In this document: piece by piece, positions 11,601 through 24,978 of the stretch
Numbering within the stretch: the first letter of the stretch is position 1
Layout: each line of letters begins with the position of its first letter
Source of the DNA: the human T2T-CHM13v2.0 reference genome, Homo sapiens
DNA length: 64,000 nt
Assembly (NCBI RefSeq): GCF_009914755.1
Contig: NC_060930.1
Reading direction: 5' to 3' (one strand)
Program-made: the position numbers and the translations under genes
The notes under the pieces: generated by a model
What the model was told of the DNA's origin: nothing
Databases searched by the model: none
The model's input: the letters and a program-made list of their open reading frames with translations, nothing else

Positions 11601-11717
11601 AGAATCTGCTTTGCGATGTGTGCGTTCAACTCACAGAGTAAAACTTTTCTTTTGATAGAGCAGTTTTGAAACACTCTTTTTGTAGTATTTGCATGTGTAT
11701 ATTTAGAGCGCATTGAA
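8661..11717 (+). repeat. HOR U4: 18-mer, 3,057 bp
   Basis: Spacing 8817->11874. Confidence 0.93.
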
Positions 11718-14268
11718 GCCCACAGTAGAAAAGGAAATAACTTCACCTAAAACCTAGACAGAAGCAATCACAGAAACTACTTTGTGATGTGTACATTCAA
11801 CTCACAGAGTGGAACTTTCCTCTTTATAGAGCAGTGTTGAAACACTCTTTTTGTAGAAACTGCAAGTGGATATTTGGACCTCTTTGAGGCCTTCGTTGGA
11901 AACGGGATTTCTTCCTATAACCCTAGACAGAAGAATTTTCAGAAACCTCATTGTGATGTGTGCGTTCATCTCACAGAGTGGAGTCTTCCGTTTGATAGAG
12001 AAGTTTTGAAACCCTGTTCTTGTAGGATTTCCAAGTGGATATTTAGACCACTTTGAAGCCTATGATAGAAAAGGAAACATCTTCATGGAAAACATAGATA
12101 GAATCATCCTCAGAAACAACTTTGTGATGTGTGCGTTGAACTCACCGTCTTTAACCTTTCTTTTGGTAGAGAAGTTTTGAAACACTCTCTTTGTAAAGTC
12201 TACAAGTGGATATTTTGAGCCCTTGGAGGCATTCTTTGGAAAAGGGAATGTCTTCACATAAAAGGCAGACGGAAGTGTTCTCAGAAACTGCTTTGTGATG
12301 TCTGTGTTCAACTCACAGAGTTTAACATTTCCTTTGATAGAGCGGTTTAGTAACCCTCTCTTTGTAGAATTTGGAAGTGTATACTAAGAGCGCTTTGAGG
12401 CCTATGGTAGAAAAGGAAATATCTTTCCATAAAAGCTAGACAGAAGCAATCTCAGAAACTCCTCTGTGATGTCTGCATTCAACTCACCGAGTGGAACATT
12501 CCTCTTGAGAGAGCAGTTTGGAAACACTCTTTCTGTAGAATCAGCTTGTTTGTATTTGGACCTCCTTGAGGCCTTCGTTGGAAACGGGTTTTCATCTTAT
12601 AAACCCAGACAGAAGAATTCTCAGAGTCTTCTTTGTGATGTGTGCTTTCAACTCACCGAGATAAAGATTTCTCTTGATAGAGCAATTTGGAAACACTCTT
12701 TTTGTAGAATTTGCAAGGGTACATTGAGAGCGTTTTCAGGACTATGGTAGAAAAGGGAATATCTTTCCATAAAAGGTAGACAGAAGCAATCTCAGAAACT
12801 ACTTTGTGATGTGTGCATTCAACTCACCGAGTGCAACGTTCCTCTTGACCGAGCAGTTTGGAAACATTGTTTCTGTAGAATCTGCAAGTGGATATTTGGA
12901 CCTCTTTGAGGCCTTCGTTGGAAACGGGATTTCTTCCTATAAACCCAGACAGAAGAATTCTCAGAGACTTCTTTGTGATGTGTGAATTCAACTCACAGTG
13001 TGGATCCTTCCTTTTGATAGAGCAGTTTTGAAACCCTGTTTTTGTAGTATTTCCAAGCGGATATTTGGAACGCCTTGAAGCGTATGGTAGAAAAGGAAAT
13101 ATCTTCCCATAAAACCTAGACAGAACCAATCTCAGAAACGACTTTGTGATGTCTGCATTCAAGTCACAGAGTTGAACATTTCTCTTGATAGAGCAGTTTT
13201 GAAACCCTCTTTCTGAAGGATCTGCAAGTGGATATTTGGAACTCCTTTGGGTCTTCGTTGGAAACGGGATTTCTTCGTATAAATCTAGACAGAAGAATTC
13301 TCAGAAACTTCCTTGTGATGTGTGCATTCAACTCAGCGAGTGGCACCTTCCTTTGGATACAGCAGTTTTGAAACACTGTTTTTGTAGTATTTCCAAGCGG
13401 ATATTTAGAGCGCCTTGAAGCCTATGCTAGAAATGGAAATATCTCCCCATAAAACCAAGACGGAAGCAATCTCAGAAACTAATGTGTGATGGCTGCATTC
13501 CACACACACGGTGGACCATTTCTCTTGATAGAGCAGTTTTGAAACACTCTTTCTGTAGAATCTGCAAGTGGATAATTGGACCTCCTAGAGGCCTTCGTTG
13601 GAAACGGGATTTCTTCATCTAAACCTACAGAGAAGTATTCTCAGTAACTTCTTCGGATGTGTGCATTCGACGCACAGAATGGAACATTCCCTTTGATAGA
13701 GCAGTTTTGAGACACCGTTTTTGTAGAATTCCCAAGTGGATATTTAGAGCACTTTGAAGTCTCTGCTAGAAAAGGAAACATCTTCATGTAAAAAGTAGAT
13801 AGAATCGTTCTCAGAAAGTGCTTAGTGTCGTGTGCGTTCAACTCACAGAGTTTAACGTTTCTTTTGATAGAGCGTTTCTGAAACACCCTTCTTGTAGTAG
13901 CTGCAAGTGGATATTTGGACCTATTGGAGGCCTTCTTTGGAAATGGGATTTCTTCATGTAACTCTAGATTGAAGAATTCTCAGAAACTCCTTTGTGATGT
14001 GTGCATTCAATTCAAAGAGTGAAACCTCTCTTTTCACAGAGCAGTTTTGAAACACTGTTTTTGTAGGATTTCCAAGGGGATATTTATAGCGCATTGAGCC
14101 TACGGCGGAAAAAGAAACATCTTCCTATAAAAACTAGACAGAATACTTCTCAGAATCTGCTTTGCGATGTGTGCGTTCAACTCACAGAGTAAAACTTTTC
14201 TTTTGATAGAGCAGTTTTGAAACACTCTTTTTGTAGTATTTGCATGTGTATATTTAGAGCGCATTGAA
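11718..14268 (+). repeat. HOR U5: 15-mer, 2,551 bp
   Basis: Spacing 11874->14425; junction within 13282-13302. Confidence 0.93.
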
Positions 14269-16819
14269 GCCCACAGTAGAAAAGGAAATAACTTCACCTA
14301 AAACCTAGACAGAAGCAATCACAGAAACTACTTTGTGATGTGTACATTCAACTCACAGAGTGGAACTTTCCTCTTTATAGAGCAGTGTTGAAACACTCTT
14401 TTTGTAGAAACTGCAAGTGGATATTTGGACCTCTTTGAGGCCTTCGTTGGAAACGGGATTTCTTCCTATAACCCTAGACAGAAGAATTTTCAGAAACCTC
14501 ATTGTGATGTGTGCGTTCATCTCACAGAGTGGAGTCTTCCGTTTGATAGAGAAGTTTTGAAACCCTGTTCTTGTAGGATTTCCAAGTGGATATTTAGACC
14601 ACTTTGAAGCCTATGATAGAAAAGGAAACATCTTCATGGAAAACATAGATAGAATCATCCTCAGAAACAACTTTGTGATGTGTGCGTTGAACTCACCGTC
14701 TTTAACCTTTCTTTTGGTAGAGAAGTTTTGAAACACTCTCTTTGTAAAGTCTACAAGTGGATATTTTGAGCCCTTGGAGGCATTCTTTGGAAAAGGGAAT
14801 GTCTTCACATAAAAGGCAGACGGAAGTGTTCTCAGAAACTGCTTTGTGATGTCTGTGTTCAACTCACAGAGTTTAACATTTCCTTTGATAGAGCGGTTTA
14901 GTAACCCTCTCTTTGTAGAATTTGGAAGTGTATACTAAGAGCGCTTTGAGGCCTATGGTAGAAAAGGAAATATCTTTCCATAAAAGCTAGACAGAAGCAA
15001 TCTCAGAAACTCCTCTGTGATGTCTGCATTCAACTCACCGAGTGGAACATTCCTCTTGAGAGAGCAGTTTGGAAACACTCTTTCTGTAGAATCAGCTTGT
15101 TTGTATTTGGACCTCCTTGAGGCCTTCGTTGGAAACGGGTTTTCATCTTATAAACCCAGACAGAAGAATTCTCAGAGTCTTCTTTGTGATGTGTGCTTTC
15201 AACTCACCGAGATAAAGATTTCTCTTGATAGAGCAATTTGGAAACACTCTTTTTGTAGAATTTGCAAGGGTACATTGAGAGCGCTTTCAGGCCTATGGTA
15301 GAAAAGGGAATATCTTTCCATAAAAGGTAGACAGAAGCAATCTCAGAAACTACTTTGTGATGTGTGCATTCAACTCACCGAGTGCAACGTTCCTCTTGAC
15401 CGAGCAGTTTGGAAACATTGTTTCTGTAGAATCTGCAAGTGGATATTTGGACCTCTTTGAGGCCTTCGTTGGAAACGGGATTTCTTCCTATAAACCCAGA
15501 CAGAAGAATTCTCAGAGACTTCTTTGTGATGTGTGAATTCAACTCACAGTGTGGATCCTTCCTTTTGATAGAGCAGTTTTGAAACCCTGTTTTTGTAGTA
15601 TTTCCAAGCGGATATTTGGAACGCCTTGAAGCGTATGGTAGAAAAGGAAATATCTTCCCATAAAACCTAGACAGAACCAATCTCAGAAACGACTTTGTGA
15701 TGTCTGCATTCAAGTCACAGAGTTGAACATTTCTCTTGATAGAGCAGTTTTGAAACCCTCTTTCTGAAGGATCTGCAAGTGGATATTTGGAACTCCTTTG
15801 GGTCTTCGTTGGAAACGGGATTTCTTCGTATAAATCTAGACAGAAGAATTCTCAGAAACTTCCTTGTGATGTGTGCATTCAACTCAGCGAGTGGCACCTT
15901 CCTTTGGATACAGCAGTTTTGAAACACTGTTTTTGTAGTATTTCCAAGCGGATATTTAGAGCGCCTTGAAGCCTATGCTAGAAATGGAAATATCTCCCCA
16001 TAAAACCAAGACGGAAGCAATCTCAGAAACTAATGTGTGATGGCTGCATTCCACACACACGGTGGACCATTTCTCTTGATAGAGCAGTTTTGAAACACTC
16101 TTTCTGTAGAATCTGCAAGTGGATAATTGGACCTCCTAGAGGCCTTCGTTGGAAACGGGATTTCTTCATCTAAACCTACAGAGAAGTATTCTCAGTAACT
16201 TCTTCGGATGTGTGCATTCGACGCACAGAATGGAACATTCCCTTTGATAGAGCAGTTTTGAGACACCGTTTTTGTAGAATTCCCAAGTGGATATTTAGAG
16301 CACTTTGAAGTCTCTGCTAGAAAAGGAAACATCTTCATGTAAAAAGTAGATAGAATCGTTCTCAGAAAGTGCTTAGTGTCGTGTGCGTTCAACTCACAGA
16401 GTTTAACGTTTCTTTTGATAGAGCGTTTCTGAAACACCCTTCTTGTAGTAGCTGCAAGTGGATATTTGGACCTATTGGAGGCCTTCTTTGGAAATGGGAT
16501 TTCTTCATGTAACTCTAGATTGAAGAATTCTCAGAAACTCCTTTGTGATGTGTGCATTCAATTCAAAGAGTGAAACCTCTCTTTTCACAGAGCAGTTTTG
16601 AAACACTGTTTTTGTAGGATTTCCAAGGGGATATTTATAGCGCATTGAGCCTACGGCGGAAAAAGAAACATCTTCCTATAAAAACTAGACAGAATACTTC
16701 TCAGAATCTGCTTTGCGATGTGTGCGTTCAACTCACAGAGTAAAACTTTTCTTTTGATAGAGCAGTTTTGAAACACTCTTTTTGTAGTATTTGCATGTGT
16801 ATATTTAGAGCGCATTGAA
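14269..16819 (+). repeat. HOR U6: 15-mer, 2,551 bp
   Basis: Spacing 14425->16976. Confidence 0.93.
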
Positions 16820-19800
16820 GCCCACAGTAGAAAAGGAAATAACTTCACCTAAAACCTAGACAGAAGCAATCTCAGAAACTACTTTGTGATGTGTACATTC
16901 AACTCACAGAGTGGAACTTTCCTCTTTATAGAGCAGTGTTGAAACACTCTTTTTGTAGAAACTGCAAGTGGATATTTGGACCTCTTTGAGGCCTTCGTTG
17001 GAAACGGGATTTCTTCCTATAACCCTAGACAGAAGAATTTTCAGAAACCTCATTGTGATGTGTGCGTTCATCTCACAGAGTGGAGTCTTCCGTTTGATAG
17101 AGAAGTTTTGAAACCCTGTTCTTGTAGGATTTCCAAGTGGATATTTAGACCACTTTGAAGCCTATGATAGAAAAGGAAACATCTTCATGGAAAACATAGA
17201 TAGAATCATCCTCAGAAACAACTTTGTGATGTGTGCGTTGAACTCACCGTCTTTAACCTTTCTTTTGGTAGAGAAGTTTTGAAACACTCTCTTTGTAAAG
17301 TCTACAAGTGGATATTTTGAGCCCTTGGAGGCATTCTTTGGAAAAGGGAATGTCTTCACATAAAAGGCAGACGGAAGTGTTCTCAGAAACTGCTTTGTGA
17401 TGTCTGTGTTCAACTCACAGAGTTTAACATTTCCTTTGATAGAGCGGTTTAGTAACCCTCTCTTTGTAGAATTTGGAAGTGTATACTAAGAGCGCTTTGA
17501 GGCCTATGGTAGAAAAGGAAATATCTTTCCATAAAAGCTAGACAGAAGCAATCTCAGAAACTCCTCTGTGATGTCTGCATTCAACTCACCGAGTGGAACA
17601 TTCCTCTTGAGAGAGCAGTTTGGAAACACTCTTTCTGTAGAATCAGCTTGTTTGTATTTGGACCTCCTTGAGGCCTTCGTTGGAAACGGGTTTTCATCTT
17701 ATAAACCCAGACAGAAGAATTCTCAGAGTCTTCTTTGTGATGTGTGCTTTCAACTCACCGAGATAAAGATTTCTCTTGATAGAGCAATTTGGAAACACTC
17801 TTTTTGTAGAATTTGCAAGGGTACATTGAGAGCGCTTTCAGGCCTATGGTAGAAAAGGGAATATCTTTCCATAAAAGGTAGACAGAAGCAATCTCAGAAA
17901 CTACTTTGTGATGTGTGCATTCAACTCACCGAGTGCAACGTTCCTCTTGACCGAGCAGTTTGGAAACATTGTTTCTGTAGAATCTGCAAGTGGATATTTG
18001 GACCTCTTTGAGGCCTTCGTTGGAAACGGGATTTCTTCCTATAAACCCAGACAGAAGAATTCTCAGAGACTTCTTTGTGATGTGTGAATTCAACTCACAG
18101 TGTGGATCCTTCCTTTTGATAGAGCAGTTTTGAAACCCTGTTTTTGTAGTATTTCCAAGCGGATATTTGGAACGCCTTGAAGCGTATGGTAGAAAAGGAA
18201 ATATCTTCCCATAAAACCTAGACAGAACCAATCTCAGAAACGACTTTGTGATGTCTGCATTCAAGTCACAGAGTTGAACATTTCTCTTGATAGAGCAGTT
18301 TTGAAACCCTCTTTCTGAAGGATCTGCAAGTGGATATTTGGAACTCCTTTGGGTCTTCGTTGGAAACGGGATTTCTTCGTATAAATCTAGACAGAAGAAT
18401 TCTCCGAAACTTCTTTGGTTGTGTGCATTCAAGTCACAGAGTGGAACCTTCCTTTGGATAGAGCAGTTTGAAACGCCGTGGTTGTAGTATTTCCAAGCGG
18501 ATATTAGAGCGCCTTGAGGCCTATGGTAGAAAAGGAAATATCTTCCCATAAAACCTAGACGGAAGCAATCTCAGAAACTACTGTGTGATGGCTGCATTCC
18601 ACACACACGGTGGAACATTTCTCTTGATAGAGCAGTTTTGAAACACTCTTTCTGTAGAATCTGCAAGTGGATAATTGGACCGCCTTGAGGCCTTCGTTGG
18701 AAACGGGATTTCTTCATGTTACTCTAGATAGAAGAATTCTCAAACACTGCTATGTGATGTTTGCATTCAAGTCACAGAGTGCAACATTCCTCTTGGTAGA
18801 GCAGTTGGGAAACACTCCTTTTGTAGAATCTGCAATGGGATATTTGGACTTCTTTGAGGCCTTCGTTGGAAACGGGATTTCTTCGTATGAATCTAGACAG
18901 AAGAATTCTCAGAAACTTCCTTGTGATGTGTGCATTCAACTCAGCGAGTGGCACCTTCCTTTGGATACAGCAGTTTTGAAACACTGTTTTTGTAGTATTT
19001 CCAAGCGGATATTTAGAGCGCCTTGAAGCCTATGCTAGAAATGGAAATATCTCCCCATAAAACCAAGACAGAAGCAATCTCAGAAACTAATGTGTGATGG
19101 CTGCATTCCACACACACGGTGGACCATTTCTCTTGATAGAGCAGTTTTGAAACACTCTTTCTGTAGAATCTGCAAGTGGATAATTGGACCTCCTAGAGGC
19201 CTTCGTTGGAAACGGGATTTCTTCATCTAAACCTACAGAGAAGAATTCTCAGTAACTTCTTCGGATGTGTGCATTCGACGCACAGAATGGAACATTCCCT
19301 TTGATAGAGCAGTTTTGAGACACCGTTTTTGTAGAATTCCCAAGTGGATATTTAGAGCACTTTGAAGTCTCTGCTAGAAAAGGAAACATCTTCATGTAAA
19401 AAGTAGATAGAATCGTTCTCAGAAAGTGCTTAGTGACGTGTGCGTTCAACTCACAGAGTTTAACGTTTCTTTTGATAGAGCGTTTCTGAAACACCCTTCT
19501 TGTAGTAGCTGCAAGTGGATATTTGGACCTATTGGAGGCCTTCTTTGGAAATGGGATTTCTTCATGTAACTCTAGATTGAAGAGTTCTCAGAAACTCCTT
19601 TGTGATGTGTGCATTCAATTCAAAGAGTGAAACCTCCCTTTTCACAGAGCAGTTTTGAAACACTGTTTTTGTAGGATTTCCAAGGGGATATTTATAGCGC
19701 ATTGAGCCTACGGCGGAAAAAGAAACATCTTCCTATAAAAACTAGACAGAATACTTCTCAGAATCTGCTTTGCGATGTGTGCGTTCAACTCACAGAGTAA

Positions 19801-19876
19801 AACTTTTCTTTTGATAGAGCAGTTTTGAAACACTCTTTTTGTAGTATTTGCATGTGTATATTTAGAGCGCATTGAA
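16820..19876 (+). repeat. HOR U7: 18-mer, 3,057 bp
   Basis: Spacing 16976->20033. Confidence 0.93.
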
Positions 19877-22427
19877 GCCCACAGTAGAAAAGGAAGTAAC
19901 TTCACCTAAAACCTAGACAGAAGCAATCACAGAAACTACTTTGTGATGTGTACATTCAACTCACAGAGTGGAACTTTCCTCTTTATAGAGCAGTGTTGAA
20001 ACACTCTTTTTGTAGAAACTGCAAGTGGATATTTGGACCTCTTTGAGGCCTTCGTTGGAAACGGGATTTCTTCCTATAACCCTAGACAGAAGAATTTTCA
20101 GAAACCTCATTGTGATGTGTGCGTTCATCTCACAGAGTGGAGTCTTCCGTTTGATAGAGAAGTTTTGAAACCCTGTTCTTGTAGGATTTCCAAGTGGATA
20201 TTTAGACCACTTTGAAGCCTATGATAGAAAAGGAAACATCTTCATGGAAAACATAGATAGAATCATCCTCAGAAACAACTTTGTGATGTGTGCGTTGAAC
20301 TCACCGTCTTTAACCTTTCTTTTGGTAGAGAAGTTTTGAAACACTCTCTTTGTAAAGTCTACAAGTGGATATTTTGAGCCCTTGGAGGCATTCTTTGGAA
20401 AAGGGAATGTCTTCACATAAAAGGCAGACGGAAGTGTTCTCAGAAACTGCTTTGTGATGTCTGTGTTCAACTCACAGAGTTTAACATTTCCTTTGATAGA
20501 GCGGTTTAGTAACCCTCTCTTTGTAGAATTTGGAAGTGTATACTAAGAGCGCTTTGAGGCCTATGGTAGAAAAGGAAATATCTTTCCATAAAAGCTAGAC
20601 AGAAGCAATCTCAGAAACTCCTCTGTGATGTCTGCATTCAACTCACCGAGTGGAACATTCCTCTTGAGAGAGCAGTTTGGAAACACTCTTTCTGTAGAAT
20701 CAGCTTGTTTGTATTTGGACCTCCTTGAGGCCTTCGTTGGAAACGGGTTTTCATCTTATAAACCCAGACAGAAGAATTCTCAGAGTCTTCTTTGTGATGT
20801 GTGCTTTCAACTCACCGAGATAAAGATTTCTCTTGATAGAGCAATTTGGAAACACTCTTTTTGTAGAATTTGCAAGGGTACATTGAGAGCGCTTTCAGGC
20901 CTATGGTAGAAAAGGGAATATCTTTCCATAAAAGGTAGACAGAAGCAATCTCAGAAACTACTTTGTGATGTGTGCATTCAACTCACCGAGTGCAACGTTC
21001 CTCTTGACCGAGCAGTTTGGAAACATTGTTTCTGTAGAATCTGCAAGTGGATATTTGGACCTCTTTGAGGCCTTCGTTGGAAACGGGATTTCTTCCTATA
21101 AACCCAGACAGAAGAATTCTCAGAGACTTCTTTGTGATGTGTGAATTCAACTCACAGTGTGGATCCTTCCTTTTGATAGAGCAGTTTTGAAACCCTGTTT
21201 TTGTAGTATTTCCAAGCGGATATTTGGAACGCCTTGAAGCGTATGGTAGAAAAGGAAATATCTTCCCATAAAACCTAGACAGAACCAATCTCAGAAACGA
21301 CTTTGTGATGTCTGCATTCAAGTCACAGAGTTGAACATTTCTCTTGATAGAGCAGTTTTGAAACCCTCTTTCTGAAGGATCTGCAAGTGGATATTTGGAA
21401 CTCCTTTGGGTCTTCGTTGGAAACGGGATTTCTTCGTATAAATCTAGACAGAAGAATTCTCAGAAACTTCCTTGTGATGTGTGCATTCAACTCAGCGAGT
21501 GGCACCTTCCTTTGGATACAGCAGTTTTGAAACACTGTTTTTGTAGTATTTCCAAGCGGATATTTAGAGCGCCTTGAAGCCTATGCTAGAAATGGAAATA
21601 TCTCCCCATAAAACCAAGACGGAAGCAATCTCAGAAACTAATGTGTGATGGCTGCATTCCACACACACGGTGGACCATTTCTCTTGATAGAGCAGTTTTG
21701 AAACACTCTTTCTGTAGAATCTGCAAGTGGATAATTGGACCTCCTAGAGGCCTTCGTTGGAAACGGGATTTCTTCATCTAAACCTACAGAGAAGTATTCT
21801 CAGTAACTTCTTCGGATGTGTGCATTCGACGCACAGAATGGAACATTCCCTTTGATAGAGCAGTTTTGAGACACCGTTTTTGTAGAATTCCCAAGTGGAT
21901 ATTTAGAGCACTTTGAAGTCTCTGCTAGAAAAGGAAACATCTTCATGTAAAAAGTAGATAGAATCGTTCTCAGAAAGTGCTTAGTGTCGTGTGCGTTCAA
22001 CTCACAGAGTTTAACGTTTCTTTTGATAGAGCGTTTCTGAAACACCCTTCTTGTAGTAGCTGCAAGTGGATATTTGGACCTATTGGAGGCCTTCTTTGGA
22101 AATGGGATTTCTTCATGTAACTCTAGATTGAAGAATTCTCAGAAACTCCTTTGTGATGTGTGCATTCAATTCAAAGAGTGAAACCTCTCTTTTCACAGAG
22201 CAGTTTTGAAACACTGTTTTTGTAGGATTTCCAAGGGGATATTTATAGCGCATTGAGCCTACGGCGGAAAAAGAAACATCTTCCTATAAAAACTAGACAG
22301 AATACTTCTCAGAATCTGCTTTGCGATGTGTGCGTTCAACTCACAGAGTAAAACTTTTCTTTTGATAGAGCAGTTTTGAAACACTCTTTTTGTAGTATTT
22401 GCATGTGTATATTTAGAGCGCATTGAA
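19877..22427 (+). repeat. HOR U8: 15-mer, 2,551 bp
   Basis: Spacing 20033->22584. Confidence 0.93.
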
Positions 22428-24978
22428 GCCCACAGTAGAAAAGGAAATAACTTCACCTAAAACCTAGACAGAAGCAATCACAGAAACTACTTTGTGATGT
22501 GTACATTCAACTCACAGAGTGGAACTTTCCTCTTTATAGAGCAGTGTTGAAACACTCTTTTTGTAGAAACTGCAAGTGGATATTTGGACCTCTTTGAGGC
22601 CTTCGTTGGAAACGGGATTTCTTCCTATAACCCTAGACAGAAGAATTTTCAGAAACCTCATTGTGATGTGTGCGTTCATCTCACAGAGTGGAGTCTTCCG
22701 TTTGATAGAGAAGTTTTGAAACCCTGTTCTTGTAGGATTTCCAAGTGGATATTTAGACCACTTTGAAGCCTATGATAGAAAAGGAAACATCTTCATGGAA
22801 AACATAGATAGAATCATCCTCAGAAACAACTTTGTGATGTGTGCGTTGAACTCACCGTCTTTAACCTTTCTTTTGGTAGAGAAGTTTTGAAACACTCTCT
22901 TTGTAAAGTCTACAAGTGGATATTTTGAGCCCTTGGAGGCATTCTTTGGAAAAGGGAATGTCTTCACATAAAAGGCAGACGGAAGTGTTCTCAGAAACTG
23001 CTTTGTGATGTCTGTGTTCAACTCACAGAGTTTAACATTTCCTTTGATAGAGCGGTTTAGTAACCCTCTCTTTGTAGAATTTGGAAGTGTATACTAAGAG
23101 CGCTTTGAGGCCTATGGTAGAAAAGGAAATATCTTTCCATAAAAGCTAGACAGAAGCAATCTCAGAAACTCCTCTGTGATGTCTGCATTCAACTCACCGA
23201 GTGGAACATTCCTCTTGAGAGAGCAGTTTGGAAACACTCTTTCTGTAGAATCAGCTTGTTTGTATTTGGACCTCCTTGAGGCCTTCGTTGGAAACGGGTT
23301 TTCATCTTATAAACCCAGACAGAAGAATTCTCAGAGTCTTCTTTGTGATGTGTGCTTTCAACTCACCGAGATAAAGATTTCTCTTGATAGAGCAATTTGG
23401 AAACACTCTTTTTGTAGAATTTGCAAGGGTACATTGAGAGCGCTTTCAGGCCTATGGTAGAAAAGGGAATATCTTTCCATAAAAGGTAGACAGAAGCAAT
23501 CTCAGAAACTACTTTGTGATGTGTGCATTCAACTCACCGAGTGCAACGTTCCTCTTGACCGAGCAGTTTGGAAACATTGTTTCTGTAGAATCTGCAAGTG
23601 GATATTTGGACCTCTTTGAGGCCTTCGTTGGAAACGGGATTTCTTCCTATAAACCCAGACAGAAGAATTCTCAGAGACTTCTTTGTGATGTGTGAATTCA
23701 ACTCACAGTGTGGATCCTTCCTTTTGATAGAGCAGTTTTGAAACCCTGTTTTTGTAGTATTTCCAAGCGGATATTTGGAACGCCTTGAAGCGTATGGTAG
23801 AAAAGGAAATATCTTCCCATAAAACCTAGACAGAACCAATCTCAGAAACGACTTTGTGATGTCTGCATTCAAGTCACAGAGTTGAACATTTCTCTTGATA
23901 GAGCAGTTTTGAAACCCTCTTTCTGAAGGATCTGCAAGTGGATATTTGGAACTCCTTTGGGTCTTCGTTGGAAACGGGATTTCTTCGTATAAATCTAGAC
24001 AGAAGAATTCTCAGAAACTTCCTTGTGATGTGTGCATTCAACTCAGCGAGTGGCACCTTCCTTTGGATACAGCAGTTTTGAAACACTGTTTTTGTAGTAT
24101 TTCCAAGTGGATATTTAGAGCGCCTTGAAGCCTATGCTAGAAATGGAAATATCTCCCCATAAAACCAAGACGGAAGCAATCTCAGAAACTAATGTGTGAT
24201 GGCTGCATTCCACACACACGGTGGACCATTTCTCTTGATAGAGCAGTTTTGAAACACTCTTTCTGTAGAATCTGCAAGTGGATAATTGGACCTCCTAGAG
24301 GCCTTCGTTGGAAACGGGATTTCTTCATCTAAACCTACAGAGAAGTATTCTCAGTAACTTCTTCGGATGTGTGCATTCGACGCACAGAATGGAACATTCC
24401 CTTTGATAGAGCAGTTTTGAGACACCGTTTTTGTAGAATTCCCAAGTGGATATTTAGAGCACTTTGAAGTCTCTGCTAGAAAAGGAAACATCTTCATGTA
24501 AAAAGTAGATAGAATCGTTCTCAGAAAGTGCTTAGTGTCGTGTGCGTTCAACTCACAGAGTTTAACGTTTCTTTTGATAGAGCGTTTCTGAAACACCCTT
24601 CTTGTAGTAGCTGCAAGTGGATATTTGGACCTATTGGAGGCCTTCTTTGGAAATGGGATTTCTTCATGTAACTCTAGATTGAAGAATTCTCAGAAACTCC
24701 TTTGTGATGTGTGCATTCAATTCAAAGAGTGAAACCTCTCTTTTCACAGAGCAGTTTTGAAACACTGTTTTTGTAGGATTTCCAAGGGGATATTTATAGC
24801 GCATTGAGCCTACGGCGGAAAAAGAAACATCTTCCTATAAAAACTAGACAGAATACTTCTCAGAATCTGCTTTGCGATGTGTGCGTTCAACTCACAGAGT
24901 AAAACTTTTCTTTTGATAGAGCAGTTTTGAAACACTCTTTTTGTAGTATTTGCATGTGTATATTTAGAGCGCATTGAA
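22428..24978 (+). repeat. HOR U9: 15-mer, 2,551 bp
   Basis: Spacing 22584->25135; private C>T at 24108. Confidence 0.93.
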
